Positions 28,001-41,469 of a DNA stretch of 64,000 bases are shown here, one piece after another. This DNA comes from Eledone cirrhosa (lineage: Eukaryota), in contig OZ024755.1 in assembly GCA_964016885.1 (NCBI GenBank), positions 31,310,001 through 31,374,000 on the forward strand, written 5' to 3'. Under the pieces are notes generated by a model. That model did not search any database. It worked only from the letters and a program-made list of their open reading frames with translations, and was not told where the DNA came from. How positions within the stretch are numbered: position 1 is the first letter of the stretch; each line of letters starts with the position of its first letter. The position numbers and the translations under genes were made by a program.

Positions 28001-31000
28001 TTAACCACACAGCCATGTCTGTACCACCTTAACCACACAGCCATGTCTGTACCACCACCTTAACCACACAGCCATGTCTGTACCACCACCTTAACCACAC
28101 AGCCATGTCTGTACCATCACCTTAACCACACAGCCATGTCTGTACCACCTTAACCCCACAGCCATGTCTGTATCACCTTAACCACACAGCCATGTCTGTA
28201 CCACCACCTTAACAACACAGCCATGTCTGTATCACCTTAACCACACAGCCATGTCTGTACCACCACCTTAACCACACAGCCATGTCTGTACCACCACCTT
28301 ATCCACACAGCCATGTCTGTACCACCTTAACCCCACAGCCATGTCTGTACCACCTCCTTAACCACACAGCCATGTCTGTACCACCACCTTAACCACACAG
28401 CCATGTCTGTACCACCACCTTATCCACACAGCCATGTCTGTACCACCTTAACCCCACAGCCATGTCTGTACCACAACCTTAACCACACAGCCATGTCTGT
28501 ACCACCTTAACCACACAGCCATGTCTGTACCACCTTAACCACACAGCCATGTCTGTACCACCTTAACCACACAGCCATGTCTGTACCACCTTAATCACAC
28601 AGCCATATCTGTACCACCACCTTAACCACACAGCTATGTCTGTACCACCACCTTAACCACACAGCCATGTCTGTACCACCACCTTAACCACACAGCCATG
28701 TCTGTACCACCACCTTAACCACACAGCCATGTCTGTACCATCTTAACCACACAGCCATGTCTGTACCCCCCACCTTAACCACACAGCTATGTCTGTACCA
28801 CCTTAACCACACAGCCATGTCTGTACCACCACCTTAACCACTCAGCCATGTCTGTACCACCTTAACCACAGAGCCATGTCAGTACCACCACCTTAACCAC
28901 ACAGCCATGTCTGTACCACCTTAACCCCACAGCCATGTCTGTACCACCTCCTTAACCACACAGCCATGTCTGTACCACCTTAACCATACAGCCATATCTG
29001 TACCACCTTAACCACACAGCCATGTCTGTACCACCACCTTAACCACACAGCCATGTCTGTACCACCTTAACCACACAGCCATGTCTGTACCACCTTAACC
29101 ACACAGCCATGTCTGTACCACCTTAACCACACAGCCATGTCTGTACCACCTTAACCACACAGCCATGTCTGTACCACCACCTTAACCACACAGCTATGTC
29201 TGTACCACCACCTTAACCACACAGCCATGTCTGTACCACCACCTTAACCACACAGCCATGTCTGTACCACCACCTTAACCCCACAGCCATGTCTGTACCA
29301 CCTTAACCACACAGCCATGTCTGTACCACCACCTTAACCACACAACCATGTCTGTACCACCACCTTAACCACACAGCCATGTCTGTACCACCACCTTAAC
29401 CCCACAGCCATGTCTGTACCACCTTAACCACACAGCCATGTCTGTACCACCACCTTAACCACACAGCCATGTCTGTACCACCACCTTAACAACACAGCCA
29501 TGTCTGTACCACCTTAACCACACAGCCATGTCTGTACCACCACCTTAACCACACAGCCATGTCTGTACCACCTTAACCACACAGCCATGTCTGTACCACC
29601 TTAACCACACAGCCATCTCTGTACCACCTTAACCACACAGCCATGTCTGTACCACCTTAACCACACAGCCATGTCTGTACCACCACCTTAACCACACAGC
29701 CATGTCTGTACCACCACCTTAACCACACAGCCATGTCTGTACCACCACCTTAACAACACAGCCATGTCTGTACCACCTTAACCACACAGCGATGTCTGTA
29801 CCACCACCTTAACCACACAGCCATGTCTGTACCACCTTAACCACACAGCCATGTCTGTACCACCACCTTAACCACACAGCCATGTCTGTACCACCTTAAC
29901 CACACAGCCATGTCTGTACCTCCACCTTAACCACACAGCCATGTCTGTACCACCTTATCCACACAGCCATGTCTGTACCACCTTAACCCCACAGCCATGT
30001 CTGTACCACCTCCTTAACCACACAGCCATGTCTGTACCACCACCTTAACCACACAGCCATGTCTGTACCACCACCTTAACCACACAGCCATATCTGTACC
30101 ACCTTAACCACACAGCCATGTCTGTACCACCTTAACCACACAGCCATGTCTGTACCACCACCTTAACCACACAGCCATGTCTGTACCACCTTAACCACAC
30201 AGCCATGTCTGTACCACCTTAACCACACAGCCATGTCTGTACCACCTTAACCACACAGCCATGTCTGTACCACCTTAACCACACAGCCATGTCTGTACCA
30301 CCTTAACCATACAGCCATGTCTATACCACCACCTTAACCACACAGCCATGTCTGTACCACCACCTTAACCACACAGCCATGTCTGTACCACCACCTTAAC
30401 CACACAGCCATGTCTGTACCATCTTAACCACACAGCCATGTCTATACCACCACCTTAACCACACAGCCATGTCTATACCACCACCTTAACCACACAGCCA
30501 TGTCTGTACCACCACCTTAACCACACAGCCATGTCTGTACCACCACCTTAACCACACAGCTATGTCTGTACCACCTTAACCACACAGCCATGTCTGTACC
30601 ACCACCTTAACCACTCAGCCATGTCTGTACCACCTTAACCACAGAGCCATGTCAGTACCACCACCTTAACCACACAGCCATGTCTGTACCACCTTAACCC
30701 CACAGCCATGTCTGTACCACCTCCTTAACCACACAGCCATGTCTGTACCACCTCCTTAACCACACAGCCATGTCTGTACCACCTTAACCACACAGCCATA
30801 TCTGTACCACCTTAACCACACAACCATGTCTGTACCACCACCTTAACCACACAGCCATGTCTGTACCACCTTAACCACACAGCCATATCTGTACCACCTT
30901 AACCACACAACCATGTCTGTACCACCACCTTAACCACACAGCCATGTCTGTACCACCTTAACCACACAGCCATGTCTGTACCACCACCTTAACCACACAG

Positions 31001-31137
31001 CCATGTCTGTACCACCACCTTAACAACACAGCCATGTCTGTACCACCTTAACCACACAGCCATGTCTGTACCACCACCTTAACAACACAGCCATGTCTGT
31101 ACCACCTTAACCACACATCCATGTCTGTACCTCCTCC
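19037..31137. repeat. 12-kb intronic satellite of 28/31-bp units with higher-order structure
   Basis: Unit CTGTACCAC(CAC)CTTAACCACACAGCCATGT. Diagnostic variants recur at offsets of 1719, about 6050 and 4332 bp. Confidence 0.97.
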
Positions 31138-31275
31138 ATCAGAAAATATCTAGAAATGGATTTAATTCAAATGTTTTTAGTATCCTTGCCAGTGAACAGA
31201 TTGTTGTGAAAATTTGCTGTATAAGATAAAAGAGTTTTATTGTTCATGAGATGCGGTGACAGTATTAAGAGTTAA

Positions 31276-31616
31276 CCCTATTGCATTTAAACCGGCTGTA
31301 TCCGGCCATAAATCCTTCACCTCTTTCTGTTCAAACCGGCCATAACCGGCTGCTCATGCCAATGTTAAGGTATTGTCCTCAAAATAAATAAGATCAAAAT
31401 CTCGTAGATTCGATATTATGTGAGATAATTATGTGAGATAAAGCCTTTTCTATGAAAATATAGTAAATATAGAGTAATGTGAATGTTATGTAAGATAAAG
31501 CCTTTTCTATGAAAATATAGTAAATATAGAGTAATGTGAATGTTATGTGAGGTAAAGCCTTTTCTATGAAAATATAGTAAATATAGTAAATATAGAGTAA
31601 TGTGAATGCTAAAGGG
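31276..31616. mobile_element. piggyBac-type MITE (TTAA TSD) carrying an internal 57-bp triplication
   Basis: TTAA|CCCTATTGCATTT...AATGCTAAAGGG|TTAA. ATGTGAGATAAAGCCTTTTCTATGAAAATATAG units at about 31431, 31488 and 31545. Confidence 0.7.
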
Positions 31617-31719
31617 TTAAACGAGTGAAACCGTATATTAGGAATATGTCAATGGTGATATTATTGTAACATTTACAGTTTGTACTCAAAGTAATTTGTG
31701 TACTGTTTACTCTTTTCAG

Positions 31720-31868
31720 CTCGTTTAAAAGCGAAGACAGGGACTCCTGCCAGCGAATCAGATCTTTCAAGTGAAGATACATTGTTTGTGAACCACAAAA
31801 GCCATAATGGACAAATCTGGCCTAAAAACGGAATAAACCAACACATAAGATCAAATATGTTAACCTAG
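31720..31868 (+). CDS. KIAA0319L: KIAA0319-like terminal coding exon
   Basis: tcttttcag|CT CGT...ACC TAG. Translates TRLKAKTGTPASESDLSSEDTLFVNHKSHNGQIWPKNGINQHIRSNMLT* (cf. SESE.DSD..IF). Phase 1 fits the previous donor. Confidence 0.87.
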
Positions 31869-31926
31869 GATTTAAACTAACTTTTTAAGTGCAACATATT
31901 AACATTGTGAGAGCTGGAGACTTTGA

Positions 31927-31932
31927 AATAAA
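31927..31932 (+). terminator. Candidate polyadenylation signal (a distal alternative AATAAA lies at 33871)
   Basis: AATAAA about 60 nt after the stop. A second AATAAA at 33871-33876 is followed by GT/T-rich sequence. Confidence 0.4.
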
Positions 31933-32049
31933 AACTTGTATGGAGATAATTACTACAGCAATATGGGAAAAACTCCACTTTTTTTAAAACGCTCCCATTA
32001 AAAAATGCTGGTTGCCATAACAACTTGGCAGTCTTAGTTTATTTTTGCA

Positions 32050-32910
32050 CTGTGTGTATGTGTGTGTGAGACGTTGTGAGACTGTGTGTGTATGTGTGTG
32101 AGACTGTGTGTGTGTGTGTGTAAGACATTGTGAGACTGTGTGTGTGTGTGTGTGTGTGTGAGACTGTGTGTGTGTGTGTGAGACTGTGAGACTATGTGTG
32201 TGAGACTGTGTGTGTGAGACATTATGAGACTGTATGTGTGTGTGTGTGTGAGTGTGAGAGAGAGAGAGACCTCTCTGTTGACCAGTAAACACCTCAGACC
32301 TCGAATGTCCCCTTATATAGAAGAATCCTTCTTTCACATTTCAGGTGTCACTCTCAGTCCCCCCCCTCTCTCTCTCTATGTCTCTCTCTCACCCTTTTTC
32401 ACTCTCTCTCTCTCTCTCTCTCACTCCCAGTCTCTCCATCACCCCAATAATAGCCAAGTCCCAGCTGATCTCAAATACAATGTCTTTTTCCATATCAACA
32501 ACTTTCTATGTGATAAGATGTGTGTGTGTGTGTGTGACATGTCAGTGTGTGTGTGTGTGACATGTCTGTGTGTGTGTGTGTGACAGACATGTCAGTGTGT
32601 GTGTGTGTGTGTGTGTGACATGTCTGTGTGTGTGTGTGACATGTCTGTGTGTGTGTGACAGACATGTCAGTGTGCTTGTGACGTGTGTGTAACATGTCAG
32701 TGTGAGTGTGTGACATGTCAGTGTGTGTGTGTGATGTGTGTATAACATGTCAGTGTGTGTGTGATGTGTGTAACATGTCAGTGTGTGACATGTCAGTGGG
32801 TGTGTGTGACATGTCAGTGTGTGTGTGTGTGATGTGTGTGTAACATGTCAGTGGGTGTGACATGTCAGTGGGTGTGTGACGTGTGTGTGACATGTCAGTG
32901 TGTGTGTCTT
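32050..32910. repeat. (TG)n compound microsatellites with GAGAC and TGACATGTCA spacers
   Basis: Direct inspection. Confidence 0.9.
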
Positions 32911-32971
32911 TGAAAAGTTTGTTCCTTCCAGAAACTTCTTTACTTTGCCTTTTAGATGACTGTAAACATCT

Positions 32972-33860
32972 AAACTACCACTACAACACTACCACCACAA
33001 CACTACCACAACACTACCACCACAACACTACCACTACCACCACAACACTACCACCACAACACTACCACTACCACCACAACACTACCACCACAACACTACC
33101 ACCACAACACTACCACAACACTACCACCACAACACTACCACCACAACACTACCACAACAACACTACCACAACAACAACACTACCACAACAACACTACCAC
33201 CACAATACTACCACAACAACCCTACCACCACAACACTACCACAACAACACTACCACTACAACACTACCACCACAACACTACCACCACAACACTGCCACCA
33301 CAACACTACCACAACAACACTACCACCACAACAATACCACACTACCACCACAACAATACCACACTACCACCACAACACTACCACCACAACACTAACACCA
33401 CAACACTAACACCACAACACTAACACCACAACACCACCACCACAACACTACCACCACTAAGCTACCACACTACCACCAGAACACTACCACCACAACACTA
33501 CCATTACTACCAACACACCACCACCACACTACTACCACCACCACCACCACACCACCACACTACCACCACCACCACACCACCACACTACTACCACCACACC
33601 ACCACACTACTACCACCACCACACCACCACCACCACCACACTACCACACTACTATCACCACCACACCACACCACCACACCACCACACTACCACCACCACC
33701 ACCACACCACCACACTACCACACTACTACCACCACCACACCACCACCACCACACCACCACACTACCACCACCACCACACCACCACACTACCACACTACTA
33801 CCACCACCACACCACCACACTACCACACTACTACCACCACCACACCACACCACCACCAAT
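32972..33860. repeat. CAC/CAA/TAC low-complexity repeat
   Basis: ACACTACCACCACA-type units. Confidence 0.9.
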
Positions 33861-34092
33861 CCCAAGAACCAATAAAGTGTTATGGTGTCTGAAAATATTT
33901 CACTGTAAAATATCTTTTACATTCTTGTTGTTTTATTTGCCACATGTGGCGTGTGTGTCACATGTCTTGTGTGTCACATGTCTTGTGTGTCACATGTGAC
34001 GCGTGTGTATGTCACGTGTGTCACATGCATGTGTGTGAGTATTATGTGTACACGTGTGTGTATATATTATGTATACATGTATATGGGGTACA

Positions 34093-34135
<43 letters not shown>

Positions 34136-34327
34136 ACATACTGCACACATGTGTGTGTATAGTCTACATGTATGTGTGTGTGTACCCTACACACATATGA
34201 CATGCTGAGGTAAGTGAAACCTAAGCTGTTAGAGTTGCGGCCCTTTACATTCTGAGTTCAAATCCTGCCGAGGTTAGCTTGCTGGCAATTATGTTGTTTA
34301 GTCCTCTAGGAAACTAAGTGTAGAAGA

Positions 34328-34772
34328 ATGTCACATGAGAGCAGTACTGACCTTATACAGAAGAACAGTCACATGAGAGCAGTAGTAACCTTATACAGAA
34401 CAGTCACATGAGAGCAGTACTACACCTTATACAGAGGAGATGTCACATGAGAGCAGTACTGACCTTATACAGAGGAGCTGTCACGTGAGAGCAGTACTGA
34501 CCTTATACAGAGGAGCTGTCACGTGAGAGCAGTACTGACCTTATACAGAGGAACAGTCACATGAGAGCAGTACTGACCTTATACAGAGGAGCTGTCACGT
34601 GAGAGCAGTACTAACCTTATACAGAGGAGCTGTCACGTGAGAGCAGTCCTAACCTTACACAGAGGAGCTGTCACAGGAGAGCAGTACTGACCTTATACAG
34701 AGGAGGTGTCACAGGAGAGCAGTACTGACCTTATACAGAGGAGGTGTCACAGGAGAGCAGTACTGACCTTAT
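34328..34772. repeat. 38-bp minisatellite
   Basis: TGTCACGTGAGAGCAGTACTGACCTTATACAGAGGAGC at 34441, 34479, 34517 and onward. Abuts an RTE fragment. Confidence 0.92.
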
Positions 34773-35060
34773 AACCAACTGATAACCTGGTTCTTCTAGC
34801 TGGTTCTGTGGAAGAGCTAGAGAAGGAATTCAGATTGTGGAAACTGAACTTAGAATCAAAAAGATTCAGGGTAACCTTAGTAAAGATCAAAGTCTTATTT
34901 AGTAGGTAAAAAGAGAGGACTCCAGTTCCCTCAGGGAGATGGCTATACTCAGTATATAAAGGAGTGGGTGGGAACTGTATATAATGTAAAACATGGGTAC
35001 ACAAGAGGTGTAGTGGGATTGTAGGCAGATTAACCAGAAAAGGTAGAAAGATGTACAGGA
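34772..35060 (+). mobile_element. Degenerate RTE RT fragment
   Basis: Remnants of DLVL.A.SVEELEK.F.LWK, PSG.W and WVHKRCSGI. Confidence 0.75.
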
Positions 35061-35888
35061 GTACATATATTTATATATTTATATATATAATTAGATACTT
35101 AGTAAAATCGAATCCCTGGTGGTGTGCAAGCAAATTCGGCCTACTATATGGAATAATGAGTTAGCAAAGCACTCGATAAGATAGGTCCTTAGAGTAATAA
35201 CATACGTTTAAATAGCTTGACAAATCAAACATTGTGGTAGGCAAAATCTAACACGATATACCAAAGTAACAAAAGAACTAACAGTTTGAGAAAAATACAC
35301 CTGGACAAAATCAAATATCAGACTTACGTGACAGGCAAGCTCGTGGTATTCATGATTGAACAGAGGATTCAGTTCATCAACAGGTTTTCGTTCTACCGAG
35401 GACGGGGCGAAAAGGCTAAATGTTGCCGCTAAGCTGCAGCGTATCGTATATTTAGCTGTCACGTGTTATTTCCAGCAAGGGAACGGATGAAGAACCCAAG
35501 AGCACACACTTCGTCCATTCCCATGTCGATTCAATTTGGATGGTCTCGGAAACATAACCTCATTATGTAACAAGTTGTCTGACGATGTCGCGACACTGGT
35601 GCACGGAACAGTGTGGCCACTGTCGCATTTGAAATATATATCACAGCATTATTATTAAAAGACTTGAACATCTGAAACTACTTCGCTTTTCCTTATTCGA
35701 TATTTACTCCGTCACTCCTATGTGGAATAAGTACGTTGAGTGCTTGAATTGAATTGCATCAATGTTTACCCTAAGAATATATATATAAATAAATATATAT
35801 ATAAATATATATATTTATATATATATTTATATATATAAATATATATATATGAAATATAAGAATCAAAGAACTGTTCAAAACATTATTA

Positions 35889-35935
35889 TGCTTACAGCTG
35901 TTTCCTCCAAACCGAGGTTTGGATTCTTCGGAGCA
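35889..35935 (-). ncRNA. Minimal type-I hammerhead ribozyme (Penelope-type) with a U4C core variant
   Basis: Minus strand TGCT CCGAAGA ATCCAAACC TC GGTTTGGAG GAAA CAGCTG TA AGCA. Confidence 0.72.
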
Positions 35936-36137
35936 ATTTATTAATGCATGGACAGTTATATGACCTCCTTTTCAGCCGAGAGACATATAACTAATACTAT
36001 AAATATATATATTTATATATATATTTATATATATAAATATATATATTTATTTTTGTGGTAATTTTGAATTGTGTGCTTTTTCTCTATGTGGTTTCCGAAT
36101 CGGAAATGTTGAAATTATTGTGTTGTATCAGATGAAA

Positions 36138-36245
36138 GAATGGTATTTAACTAATGTATTGGTACGCGATGGGGCCCACCCACAGCCCTGGCGGACAGAA
36201 TGGGGAAGGCGTTTCCCCGGAGAACCGCAAGGGAGATGCGCTGGA

Positions 36246-36247
<2 letters not shown>
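36138..36247 (-). mobile_element. Short 3'-end copy of the CRE-like element
   Basis: Reverse complement of about 41089-41197, including CCCCATCGCGTACCAATACATTAGTTAAATACCATTCT. Confidence 0.88.
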
Positions 36248-36720
<473 letters not shown>

Positions 36721-36721
36721 G

Positions 36722-38598
36722 TCAATGCAAATCAGGATGTTGTTGGGGATAAATGTGTCCGGGATGATGCCGGTGTACTTAGTGTCACGAATGATCAGAA
36801 AAAGGAGGCCTGGAAATGTCATTATGAGAGACTGATGAATGTGGAGAACAAATGGGAGAGAGAGAAATTGCCCTTGGTAGATCCGACAGAGGGACCAGCT
36901 ATTGAGATGGACAAATATAGGGTCCAAGAGGCGATTAGGGAAATGAAAAATGGTAAGGCTGCTGGACCATCGGGAATAGTTGCTGAGGTGCTGAAGGCAT
37001 CAGGGGACGTAGGCACTAAACTGGTTGCACGCATCATCAATCAGGCTATATATCGTGGTGTCATACCCAAAGACTGGTGCAGCAGTATTCTCATAAATTG
37101 CTACAAAGGTAAAGGGGATGCTTTGGAGAGGAGCAATTATAGGGGTATAAAACTGATAGATCAGGTTATGAAAGTGGCAGAAAGGATTTTAGCACAACTA
37201 ATTAGAGAAAGGGTCAAACTAGATGAGATGCAGTTTGGTTTTGTGCCTGGGAAGAGTACAACAGATGCCCTCTTCTTGGTGAGACAATTGCAAGAGAGGT
37301 TCTTAGAGAAGAATAAGCCACTATACTTAGCCTTTGTTGACCTAGAGAAGGCTTTGATAGGCTACCCCGATCTGTCATCTGGTGGTCCCTAAGGAAGCTG
37401 GGTGTTGAGGAATGGCTTGTGAGGACAGTGCAAACTTTGTACAGAGGTACTCTCAGTAAAGTCAGGGTAGGAATGGAGTTTAGTGAGGAATTTCAGATAC
37501 AAGTAGGAGTACATCAGGGTTCGGTCCTCAGCCCACTCTTGTTCATTATAGTCCTCCAAGCCATAACAGAGGAGTTTAAGACTGGCTGTCCATGGGAACT
37601 TCTCTATGCTGACGATCTGGTTCTTATAGCAGAATCAGTAGAGGAGCTAGAGAATAAATTCTGGCTATGGAAACAGCAGTTGGATGCAAGAGGACTGAGA
37701 GTGAATCTAGCTAAGACAAAAGTGTTGATGAGTAGAAAAGAGGACAAAACCCCGATTCCGTCAGGGAAATGGCCATGTTCGATATGCAGAAAAGGAACTG
37801 GCATAAATTCTATAAAATGCACACAATGCAGATCCTGGGTACACAAGAGATGTAGCGGGATAGCAGGCAAACTAACAGGTAGGGAGAAATATGTATGCAG
37901 TAGATGTACAGGGAAATTAGACAGTAGAAGTCGCATTGATAGACACATTTTTCAAATGCAGGAGGGCGCTATAGAAGTGGTGGATAGCTTCCGGTACCTA
38001 GGAGATCAGATTAGCATGGGAGGAGGGTGTTCCGAGGCCATAGTATCTAGAATAAGGACGGGTTGGAAGAAGTTTAGGGAGCTGCTTCCTCTGCTGACGA
38101 AGAAGGGTTTCTCCCTGCGTACGAAAGGCCGGTTGTATGATGCCTGTGTGAGGAGCGTGATGCTGCATGGTAGTGAGACATGGGCAACAACTGCAGAGGA
38201 TATGCAACGGCTGGAGAGAAATGAGGCAAGCATGCTCCGTTGGATGTGCAGTGTAAATGTGCGTGAACGACCCAGCATAAATGTGTTGAGAGAGAAACTG
38301 TGTCTGAGAGGGATAGAATATAGTGGACGGGAGAGGCGACTGAGGTGGTATGGACATGTGATGCGCATGGAGGATGACCGATGGGTGAAGAAGTGCCAGG
38401 AATTGCCAGTTGAAGGAAGACGTGGTAGAGGTAGACCACGAAAAACATGGGCGGAGGTGGTGAGAACAGACCTCAGATCATTGAAGCTCATGGTGGAGAT
38501 GACGAAGGACCGTGACGAGTGGAGAGATGCTGAATAAGACCCGTCCCACCCTTGCAAGCAGGGAAAAGCGGACGTAAAATGATGATGATGATGATGAT
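36722..38598 (+). mobile_element. 5'-truncated RTE-clade LINE, near-intact RT with one frameshift
   Basis: ORFs 36835-37392 and 37419-38537 join across a 1-nt frameshift at KAF/DR (about 37355). Motifs NYRGIKL, GVHQGSVLSPLLF and YADD (37605). Tail GGACGTAAAATGATGATGATG. Confidence 0.95.
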
Positions 38599-38619
38599 TA
38601 TATATATATATATAAATAT

Positions 38620-38820
38620 ATATTCAGGTTTGAGGTTCACCACTGGATAGAGCTGGTCAATTCCGTATGGTCAATCTTAATGTAATAATATGGAGAGTAC
38701 TCAACGTAAAGCAGTTCAACCGTCTTTGTTTTTGTAGTTGGTGGTGCTAGTACGGAGTTAAATATTATAATGAAATGACAGGAGGCTGGACTTGTGTAAA
38801 TCCTTGAAAGGTTTATTATA
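38620..38820 (-). mobile_element. Interspersed repeat (probable Penelope-associated terminal sequence), inverted homolog of 14325-14510
   Basis: GGAGTTAAATATTATAATGAAATGACAGGAGG versus CTCCTGTCATTTCACTTTATAATACATTTACTCC. Both share GAGT(A/G)CT with CAACGT. Confidence 0.5.
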
Positions 38821-38899
38821 CTATGATCATTTAAATGACCGGGTTCCGTATGAATCCGGTGATATCATCAGGTATTCGAAATATAATAAGTGAATGTAA

Positions 38900-41198
38900 T
38901 AACCACCCACTGATCTCAGACCCATACCCCCACTGGACCCCCACCTGCTCCTTGTGGCTACTGATGCAGATATCATGTCCGCCATCAGGTCCTTCCCAGC
39001 TCGCAGCTGCGGAGGTGTTGATGGTCTCCGACCAGGCCACCTCACGGAGTTGACATTCCCCTTCTCCGCTGAGGCCGGGTGCCGCCTTCTGAGTGCAATT
39101 GTGGCACTCACCATTAGGCTCATTCATGGTGCCCTTGATCCTTACGCCCGAGGCCTCTTTTTTTCGGCCAGCCTCACTGCTCTCAGGAAGAAAGAGGGTG
39201 GCATACACCCCATTGCTGTGGACAATGTCTTCCGGAGGCTGGCTGCCAATGTGATCTGCAAGTCCGTCACACACGAACTGGGTGAAGAGTTTAGTCCGGT
39301 GCAACTGGGTGTCGGCGTGTCCGGTGGCTGTGAGGGAGCCTCTCATGCAATCAGGCAGTTCTTCAGCAGCTGCCCATCGGTACCGGCATCCAGGGACTCC
39401 AGGCACCCCATTGTCAAGCTTGACATGAGGAATGCCTTTAACTCTTTACGCCGGGAACATCTGCTCGAGGCCTGCCTCAGCCGAGCCCACTCTGCCTACC
39501 CGCTGGCCTACCTGTCATATGGAGCCTCGAGCATGCTCCTAGCTGCTGATATAGTCATACCCTCGGCTACTGGGGTCCAACAGGGCGACCCTTTGGCACC
39601 CCTCCTGTTCGCCCTTGGTATTGACCACATCGCCCGGTGTATCACGGCCCCTCTCAACGTTTGGTATCTGGATGATGCTACGTTGGGCGGGCCTGTACGG
39701 ACGGTCTGCTAAGACCTTCAATCGGTGATTCCTGCCCTGGCGGGAATCGGCCTCCAGGTCAACTCGGCCAAGTCGGAGGTGGTGAACGTCAGCCTCGATG
39801 CTGCGAGCTTTGCAGCCTCCGTCTTGGACGTGCTGTCCATTCTCCGCCAGGTTCAGGTGACCCCCCAAAGAGGATGTCCTCATCCTCGGGTCACCGATCC
39901 ACCCGCCGGCAATCCGCTCCACCATCAGGTCCAGGCTTCAACAGCTCCAGACTCTCACGAGCCGACTGGGCTTGATTGATGGCCACCCAGCTCTCTTTCT
40001 GCTGAGGAACTGCTTCGCCATGCCGAAGCTCCTCTATACACTCCACAGCGCTCCATGCTACACCCAGACATCTCTCCTCGCTGACCTCGATACTTGTATC
40101 TGAGCAGCAGCCGAGGGGATATGCAATGTCAAGTTTGACGACATAGGGTGGCAACAAGCCACTTTACCGGTCAGGTATGGCGGCCTAGGCCTCCGATCCC
40201 CGATCTCACTAGCTTTGTCGGCGTATCTTTCGTCAGTAACCTCGTGCCGCGTCCTCGTCAGCAGGGTTCTTCAAAACACAACAGAACCCTCTGTGTACAG
40301 AGAACGTGAGGCCGCCTGTGAGACGTGGGACCGGATGGGACTTAGCCCAGTAGACGTTCCTCCTCCTTCTTCCCCTGTTGACGTCAAGTCCCCCCAACGC
40401 ACTTGGGATGCCATCAGTGCAGCCTGGCCTCAGACAGGCTCATGCGCCAGCTTGACCAGCACCGCCTTGCTTGTTTTCGTGCGGCCTCCAAACCCCACAG
40501 TGGTGCCTGGCTCCATGCTCTGCCCTCCTTCTCCACTGGTACGCAGCTAGACAACCATTGCCTGCGAATCGGTGTTTCCCTGAGGCTCGGTCCGGATCTG
40601 CCAGCCACACCAATGTTGCTGCGGTTCCACCGTGGACTCTTTCGGCCTCCACCCGCTTTCCTGTCGCCACAGTGCCGGCCGCATTCCACGCCATACTGCC
40701 CTCAACGAGATCATTAAGCGTGGTTTGGACGCTGCAGGCTTCCCTTCTCAGCTCGAGCCGGTGGGGCTGGATCGAGGGCACGGCAAAAGGCCAGATGGCA
40801 TGACCATCTTCCCGTTGCGCGGTGGCAAACCCCTCGTCTGGGATGCCACTTGCACCGACACTTTCTGCAGCCGCAACCTGGTGCAGTCTGCGACTGACCC
40901 AGGTTCTGCTGCACGTCGGGCTGAGGGGGCCAAACTCCTCAAATACCGGTCGCTCTCCGACAGGTTTCCGGTCGTTCCCCTGGCAGTGGAAACTTCTGGT
41001 GTCCTCGGCCCCAGGGCTACCTCCTTATTCACCACCATAGGTGCTGAGCTGGCCAGCTGCAGGTGTGAGCCTCACGAGTTGGAGTGGCTTTTCCAGCGTC
41101 TCCCTTGCCGTCCTCCGGCGAAACACCTTCTCCATTCTGTCCGCCGGGCTGTGGGTGGGCCCCATCGCGTACCAATACATTAGTTAAATACCATTCTA
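38900..41198 (+). mobile_element. CRE-clade non-LTR retrotransposon (RT plus restriction-like endonuclease), pseudogenised and 5'-truncated
   Basis: GGVDGLRPGHL, KKEGGIHPIAV, KLDMRNAFNSL, GVQQGDPLAPLLF and WYLDD, then GGLGL and SGAWL. Zinc knuckle H.LSC and RH..LN, then RLE KRPDG..WDAT..AE..K..KY..PLAVETSG. Several stops and frameshifts. Confidence 0.9.
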
Positions 41199-41469
41199 AC
41201 TAGGAAACCGAATGATTCTCGGCTTCAGAAATAACGTTTAATAAAATATATGTGTATAAATACATATATTTTTTTAAATACATATATATATATATATATA
41301 TTATATACATATTTATAATATATATATATATATACATTATATATGTATGTATTAATATATATAGTAATTATTTATTATTAATATAAATATATATATACTA
41401 TATATAAAATGGGAAGTATACAATCTAAAAAGAATCGAACTCACGATCGTGAAATCGCAATGGCTTTAA

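Noticed and set aside
19037-31137. CRISPR-like array or telomeric repeat
   Set aside because: There are no unique spacers and no cas genes, and the context is a eukaryotic intron. The unit contains CCTTAACC but is not (TTAGGG)n.
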